The position numbers and the translations under genes are program-made. A stretch of 64,000 nucleotides of DNA from a virus: positions 1-64,000 of IMG/VR virus record IMGVR_UViG_3300042731_008016; one strand, 5' to 3'. The notes under the pieces are model-generated. The model saw only the letters and a program-made list of their open reading frames with translations, was not told the DNA's origin and did not search any database. Positions 58,442 to 64,000 of this stretch are shown here, piece by piece (the stretch's first letter is position 1; the number at the start of each line of letters is the position of its first letter).

Positions 58442-61400
58442 ATTTGTTAATCCACAGGATGCTCCAAGACCTCATAATAAGCAACTCTTAATCGATATTT
58501 TTGATAGCGGTAAAACATTTGAAGATTTTGAGAACCTTGGTAAATACGAGGAGGCTCTCTATATTGCTGGAATTGGGAGTGGTAAATGTCTTGCTAGGGG
58601 AACCAAAATCATCCGCTATTCAGGTAAGGTTGATGTTGTAGAAAATATTAAACAAGGTGACTTGTTAATGGGCTGGGACAGTAAGCCAAGAAAGGTGATC
58701 TCACTATCAAGGGGCAGGGAAAAATTATATAAAGTAACTCCAACTAAAGGCGAACCTTTTATCATAAATCAATCCCATATTTTGTCGCTTAAAAGAACAA
58801 ACAGGGGTATTATTGCCAATAATGGCAGGTTAGATCAAAAAGCAGGAGAGATAATAAACATATCAGTCTTGGAATATCTAGAGTTAAGCAACAAAATGAA
58901 GAACATTTTAAAACTATGGAGGGTTGGTATAAATTTTAAGAAAAAGAAGGTTAGTATAGATCCATACTTTTTGGGACTATGGTTGGGGGACGGTAATTCT
59001 CATAATATCGGAATCGCCACACAGGACATTGAGATTAAGAATGAAATATATAAACAAGCAAAAGTTTGTGGACTCGTGGTAAATATTAATCAAAATAAAA
59101 ACAAAACTTGTCCAACATATATTGTCACAAGTGGAACAAAGTTGGGAAGTAAAAACAGAAATTCGCTATTAGAAAATTTTAAACAATATAATCTCATCAA
59201 AAATAAATATATTCCGCAAGTATATAAATTCAACTCAAAGAAAATCAGATTACAGTTGTTAGCAGGGCTAATTGATAGCGATGGATATCAAGGAAATAAC
59301 TGTTTGGAGTTTTCCAATAAAAATAAAACCTTAATTGATGATATTACATACCTGTGTCGTTCGTTAGGTTTTGCTGCCTATATAAAACAAAGGAAAACTT
59401 CCTGCAATGGAAAATCATTCATATCATATAGAGTTTCTATATCGGGAGATTTAGAAAAAATTCCTGTTCAACTAGAAAGAAAAAAATGTACTAAAAGGAC
59501 ACAAAAGAAGGATGTTCTTTTAACTGGATTTAAAATAGAACCTATTGGAATTGGTGATTATTATGGATTTGATGTAGATAGAGACCATTTGTATTTATTA
59601 GGTGATTTCACAGTTACCCATAATTCTTATGTTTCCTCAATGGCCATTGTTTATAATATTTATCGTCTTCTTTGCTTAAAAGATCCACAAGCCTATTTTA
59701 AATTTGCTAAAGGCACAAAGATTGCTTTTATTAACATTTCCACATCTTTTTCACAAGCTAAGGATGTTGTTTTTAGCGAAATTAAAAACCGTGTTGATAA
59801 CAACCAATGGTTTCAAAACTTCTTTCCACCTAACCCGAGAATTAAATCACTTCTTCAATTCCCTAAAAATATTTATATTTTGCCTCTAGGATCAAATGAA
59901 GAGTCTCCTCTCGGATACAATATTTTTGGAGCCGTCATTGACGAGGCTTCATTTCATACTTTAACTAAAGATAAAGATTACGCTGAAGAATCTTATAACC
60001 AGATTAAGAAACGTATTCGTTCTCGATTTTTATCTAAAGGAAAACTTTTCATTATTACTTCACCTCGGTACGTTTATGACTTCGCTGAGAAGAAAATGGA
60101 AGAGGAAGCTGATAATCCAAAAGTTTATAAAAAAAGAACTCCTCTCTGGGATGCTATGCCACCAGATAGATTCTCTGGACAAAAATTTGATCTAGGCAAA
60201 TATCTCCCCGCCTATAAGGGCGTCATGGTCCCCGTGGAATACGAGGACGAGTTCAAACAAAATCCCGAGAAAGCCATGCGGGACTATGGCGCCCAACCAT
60301 CTCAAGCTATCCAAAGCTTTTTTGCTAATCCATCAATCATTGATGATAATGCTAATTATGATAGAAAACACCCAATTAATCCCAAAGATGGTGAATTTCA
60401 CACATGGTTTTTCAACAGAGCAAGTCAAGAAGATTATGATTCAGATAAAAGATTTATTCATGTTGACCTTGGACTTAATAGAGAAGGAAAAGGCGACTGT
60501 GCTGGGTTTGCTATGGGTAAATTTGATGGATGGATTGAAAAACAGAGTACATCTGGAAAAATGGAAAAGCGTCCAAAAGTTAAAATTGATCTTATGTTAA
60601 GAATTGAGGCTGGACCACGCAAAGAAATTAAATTTGAAGAAATCAGACAAATGATCTATAAAATCAGAGATATTGGTTATAATATTCACAAGATTACTTT
60701 TGATGGTTGGCAAAGCGAAATTGGAAGTACAATGGTCAAGTTGCTTGATGGGACAAACAAAAGAATGGATGAAATTACAAACGGTGCTTGGATTTATTCA
60801 TTTGACTTAAATAAAAAAGAAATTGTCCCAGCCTTTTGTAAACCAGTAAAACAAACTGGAATAAATGCTCCAGTTTACGAAATCATCATAGATAATGGAC
60901 AAAAAATATACCTAACAAAAGAACATCCATTGTTAATGAAAAATGGAACCTATAAACAAGTAGAGTTTCTTAAATGTGGAGATAGTTTGATGCCATTTAA
61001 TACAAGCTTTTTAGAAAGAAAAAACAAAACTAATACAAAACCAAGACAATATGAAAAAATATTCCAACCAAATACAAATACTTGGGAAATGACACATGAT
61101 ATGGTTGCTAGGAATGTTTATGGAGAAAAACCAAAAAATAATGTAGTTCATCATAAAGATTTTAATTCTCTAAATAATGAACCAGACAATTTAGAGTATT
61201 TATATGTTAAGAAGCATACTGCATATCATCGAAAATTAACTCAAAAATCTAATCAAATCAGATGGTCAAAAAAAGGTGAAAGACGGAAGCAAGCTCAATT
61301 AATGAGAGATAGAAATAAAAAATATAATTTACCATCTTTATTAAAACCACCAACTAAAGAGATTGCTAAAAAAATAGCACTAACAATTAAAAACAAATGG

Positions 61401-62042
61401 GACAATAATAACGAATATCAAGAAAAAATGGCAAAAAGACCAGTATATTGTGGTGAGTATTCTCCACATTTTAATAGAGATATACCTAATGAAATATTAT
61501 TTAAAGCCTGTGCTACCAGTAATTCTCTGGAAGAAGTTAAGCAAAAATTGAACCTTAAAAATACGTTTTTTGTTATAAGAAGATTAAAGACATTGGGTTA
61601 CAAAGGATTCAAGGACTACAAATCACAAAAAAATCATAAAGTTGTATCTGTCAAATTTCATGGATATGAGGATGTTTATGACATAGAAGTACCAAAATAT
61701 AATAATTTTGGACTTTCGGCAGGTATATTTGTTCATAATTCCATAGACTCTATTCAAATGCTTAATTCAGCTGGTTTTAAAGCTGAGACATTCTCAATCG
61801 ATAGGAATCCAGAAGCCTACTATACCGTCAAAGCTGCAATTTTAGATGATCGTCTTGATTATTACTATTACGCACCATTTTCTGAAGAACTTAAACAACT
61901 TGAAGAAATTAAAGGCATGAAAATCGATCACCCTAGACAAGGAAAGAAAGACGTAGCTGATGCTGTAGCTGGAGTATGTTATCACGCTGCACAAGGAACT
62001 CCTGGTGTCGGATTTCTTGGAGTCAAACAGACACAATCTTGA
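58296..62042 (+). CDS. terL: Terminase large subunit with two inteins
   Basis: Walker A GIGSGK|S, Walker B AVIDE, nuclease HVDLG, FDGWQ|S, KIDHP..GKKDVADAVAG. Confidence 0.9.
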   Translation: MTNLLFSAQFEKFVRDASTKEMENLEFLIQNPKYEHRPVTMKEFLENPKFVNPQDAPRPHNKQLLIDIFDSGKTFEDFENLGKYEEALYIAGIGSGKCLARGTKIIRYSGKVDVVENIKQGDLLMGWDSKPRKVISLSRGREKLYKVTPTKGEPFIINQSHILSLKRTNRGIIANNGRLDQKAGEIINISVLEYLELSNKMKNILKLWRVGINFKKKKVSIDPYFLGLWLGDGNSHNIGIATQDIEIKNEIYKQAKVCGLVVNINQNKNKTCPTYIVTSGTKLGSKNRNSLLENFKQYNLIKNKYIPQVYKFNSKKIRLQLLAGLIDSDGYQGNNCLEFSNKNKTLIDDITYLCRSLGFAAYIKQRKTSCNGKSFISYRVSISGDLEKIPVQLERKKCTKRTQKKDVLLTGFKIEPIGIGDYYGFDVDRDHLYLLGDFTVTHNSYVSSMAIVYNIYRLLCLKDPQAYFKFAKGTKIAFINISTSFSQAKDVVFSEIKNRVDNNQWFQNFFPPNPRIKSLLQFPKNIYILPLGSNEESPLGYNIFGAVIDEASFHTLTKDKDYAEESYNQIKKRIRSRFLSKGKLFIITSPRYVYDFAEKKMEEEADNPKVYKKRTPLWDAMPPDRFSGQKFDLGKYLPAYKGVMVPVEYEDEFKQNPEKAMRDYGAQPSQAIQSFFANPSIIDDNANYDRKHPINPKDGEFHTWFFNRASQEDYDSDKRFIHVDLGLNREGKGDCAGFAMGKFDGWIEKQSTSGKMEKRPKVKIDLMLRIEAGPRKEIKFEEIRQMIYKIRDIGYNIHKITFDGWQSEIGSTMVKLLDGTNKRMDEITNGAWIYSFDLNKKEIVPAFCKPVKQTGINAPVYEIIIDNGQKIYLTKEHPLLMKNGTYKQVEFLKCGDSLMPFNTSFLERKNKTNTKPRQYEKIFQPNTNTWEMTHDMVARNVYGEKPKNNVVHHKDFNSLNNEPDNLEYLYVKKHTAYHRKLTQKSNQIRWSKKGERRKQAQLMRDRNKKYNLPSLLKPPTKEIAKKIALTIKNKWDNNNEYQEKMAKRPVYCGEYSPHFNRDIPNEILFKACATSNSLEEVKQKLNLKNTFFVIRRLKTLGYKGFKDYKSQKNHKVVSVKFHGYEDVYDIEVPKYNNFGLSAGIFVHNSIDSIQMLNSAGFKAETFSIDRNPEAYYTVKAAILDDRLDYYYYAPFSEELKQLEEIKGMKIDHPRQGKKDVADAVAGVCYHAAQGTPGVGFLGVKQTQS
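58587..59624 (+). mobile_element. Intein 1 (346 aa) with LAGLIDADG endonuclease
   Basis: CLARGT...LGLWLGDG...LAGLIDSDG...VTHN|S, inserted in Walker A. Confidence 0.92.
60714..61739 (+). mobile_element. Intein 2 (342 aa) with HNH endonuclease, Ser-initiated
   Basis: SEIGSTMVKLLDG...TKEHP...VHHKDFNSLNNEPDNL...DVYDIEV...FVHN|S. Confidence 0.88.
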
Positions 62043-62073
62043 CGTTTCCTAGAAACCCCAGTAAGATTAAAAA

Positions 62074-62523
62074 ATGTTAAGTTTACAATATTTAGCTGGA
62101 TTTACTGACGCTGATGGAAGCATAACCATAAGCAAATTTAAAACAACAACTGGTTGTGGTCTAAAATTTAGAATTAGGGTTCGTATAGCAAACATAAGAC
62201 TTGATATTTTAGAGCAAATTAAAAAACAATATGGTGGGTGGATAGAAAAAATACCAAGAAAAGCAAACGATAGACAATGTTATAGATGGTGTACTGCCGA
62301 TAAATCTGCTGCTAAATTTTTACAGAAAATATATCCATATTTATTTATTAAAAAGAAACAAGCAAGTATGTGTCTAGAACTTTATGAGATGAGTAAAAAA
62401 TTAAAAACTCAAAGAAAAAATACTGGGCAATTTATAAAAGCATCTAAAAAAGAATTACAAAGGAAACTTCAATTAGTAGAAGAAATTAGATTGCTCAACA
62501 GACGTGGATTTTTAGGCGCATAA
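62074..62523 (+). CDS. Free-standing single-motif LAGLIDADG homing endonuclease
   Basis: YLAGFTDADGSI...IYPYLFIKKKQA. Confidence 0.88.
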   Translation: MLSLQYLAGFTDADGSITISKFKTTTGCGLKFRIRVRIANIRLDILEQIKKQYGGWIEKIPRKANDRQCYRWCTADKSAAKFLQKIYPYLFIKKKQASMCLELYEMSKKLKTQRKNTGQFIKASKKELQRKLQLVEEIRLLNRRGFLGA

Positions 62524-62601
62524 TAGTGTATACTCAAATTAGGAATTTTTAGCAGAAACTTAATTTTATTTAAAAAAAATGCTAAAAAATAAAAAATAGA
62601 T

Positions 62602-64000
62602 ATGAAAATTCCAAAAATTTTCGAAAAAACCATCCTTAATTCAGAACAAGTACAAGCTAAAGTTGAAGCTGCCAAAGACGAAGCTATAAAAAATGCGAAA
62701 GAAGAAATTGAACAGTCAGCTAAGACAAAATACAATAAAGAAGTTGTTAAAAGTGTAAACGAAGCTTTAGTTGCTGCTAAGAAGGATTGGGCTGTTGATA
62801 CTGTAAAAGCAATGGATCGAAAGTTTGGAAAATCTAGACAATATGTTTCAACTACTGGTAATTATGGTCAAGAAAAATTTAATGCTAAAAAATATGAATC
62901 TGGTAAAAACTACAATACTTTAACCACTTTATTTAGTGATTCTCCTGGATCAATTCAAGCTGCTTCTCGTATAAAAGATGCTGTTCTTGGTGGTGGATAT
63001 GTTATCAAACCAGAAGAGAAAAAAGGCACCAAACAAGATTTTAAGAAATTAATTAATTTCTTTGATATGCCTAATCCAGATGACACAATTGAAACATTAT
63101 TAGGTGTTTCTATTGAAAATTATTTAGCTTATGGAAATTTTTACTGGGAAAAAGTCCCAACAAGAGGTTCCGCAAATAAAAAGAAAAAAATTCTAGCATC
63201 GGTTTATAATCTTGATCCAACCAAAATGATTATTTTAGTTGATGCTGCTCAAAAGAAAAAAGGTGTGTTGGAAAAAGTTGGCTTTGCTAGAAAAACTGAC
63301 CAAAATAAATCAGTAATTTACTCATTAGATGAGGTATTCCATGTTCGAAGACCAAGCAGAAAAGCTGATCTTTATGGTAGAGCTGTTTTAGAAGACAATA
63401 TGGCCACTCTTCAACTTCTATTGAGAGCTGTTACTTTCAATATTAATATTTTAAGAAATGGTGGTCGTCCACCTTTGCAATTAATTCTCCCTGAAGATTC
63501 TACTGAAGCTGATGCCGAAGCAGTATCAGCATGGTGGGAAAAGAACTATGAGGGACCACACAATGCTGGTAAAACACTGATTACATTTAAAGGAGCTAAA
63601 GCTGATCCCCTCGGAATCACTCCACAAGAAATGGCCTATCTAGAATTGTTACGCTATGGTTTAAGACTCGTAGCTGGACAATATGGTGTTCCATTATTGT
63701 TAATGGGATTTCCAGAAGGTACAAATCGAGCTACTGCTTCAGAAGCCAGACGTTCATTTTATTTAACAAATATTTTCCAATTAAGAAAACTTATTTCTCA
63801 AAAAATAACTAGAGAGCTCATCAAAGACGGAATGGGTATTGAGGGTTGGAGAATTGACTTTAAATCTGCTGGTCTAGAAGAATCAGAATCTTCACGAAGA
63901 GACTTCATGACTGGATGGGCTAAAGGTCTATACACATTTAATGAAGCTAGAATTGCAATGGGTCTATTACCAATTGATGAGAAATGGGCAAATAAATACT
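62602..64000 (+). CDS. HK97-family portal protein (3' truncated)
   Basis: Own translation: PNP...YLAYGNFYWE...DEVFH...LYG...NGGRP...NAGK...YGVP...TFNEARIAMGLLPI. Confidence 0.9.
   Translation, partial: MKIPKIFEKTILNSEQVQAKVEAAKDEAIKNAKEEIEQSAKTKYNKEVVKSVNEALVAAKKDWAVDTVKAMDRKFGKSRQYVSTTGNYGQEKFNAKKYESGKNYNTLTTLFSDSPGSIQAASRIKDAVLGGGYVIKPEEKKGTKQDFKKLINFFDMPNPDDTIETLLGVSIENYLAYGNFYWEKVPTRGSANKKKKILASVYNLDPTKMIILVDAAQKKKGVLEKVGFARKTDQNKSVIYSLDEVFHVRRPSRKADLYGRAVLEDNMATLQLLLRAVTFNINILRNGGRPPLQLILPEDSTEADAEAVSAWWEKNYEGPHNAGKTLITFKGAKADPLGITPQEMAYLELLRYGLRLVAGQYGVPLLLMGFPEGTNRATASEARRSFYLTNIFQLRKLISQKITRELIKDGMGIEGWRIDFKSAGLEESESSRRDFMTGWAKGLYTFNEARIAMGLLPIDEKWANKY

Noticed and set aside
1525-62735. 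Numerous short antisense or alternate-frame ORFs in the track (e.g. 1525-1773, 9463-9729, 37566-38069, 40691-41020, 54470-54676, 23222-23467)
   Set aside because: They are shadows of real genes, low-complexity regions or tRNAs, with no RBS or recognisable motifs.
1-64000. Alternative genetic code (stop-codon recoding)
   Set aside because: Long genes are intact in code 11, TAA, TAG and TGA all end genes, and no suppressor tRNA was found.

Overview
AT-rich tailed dsDNA phage genome segment (siphovirus-like, standard genetic code), almost all on the + strand. Order: neck/tail morphogenesis and lysis (1-21.3 kb); a short minus-strand island with a GHKL ATPase and tRNAs (21.3-23.7 kb); many small early genes behind strong sigma70 promoters (24-35 kb); a MoxR/VWA pair; recombination and replication genes (Gam/Gp157-like, ParB-like, annealing protein, initiator with iterons, DnaC-like, RecA, SSB); a second tRNA/ncRNA cluster invaded by HNH endonucleases (54.6-56.6 kb); then terminase (two inteins) and an HK97-type portal cut off by the window end. 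The SSB suggests a Patescibacteria/Microgenomates-like host (inference). The standout is at 40.5-42.0 kb: a stand-alone RAMP/Cas7-like gene and a small partner gene precede a ~360-nt non-coding G/T-rich array. The array has six GGCA-headed units built from 5-nt G-n-T-N-N modules and is enclosed by a 16-bp inverted repeat. It is a candidate non-CRISPR RNA-guided system. Other oddities: a tRNA with a 103-nt structured anticodon insert, an unknown ~240-nt RNA, a chimeric tRNA-Thr, endonuclease genes that rebuild their targets, and twin hairpins with complementary loops. All calls are from reading the sequence by eye; no searches were run.
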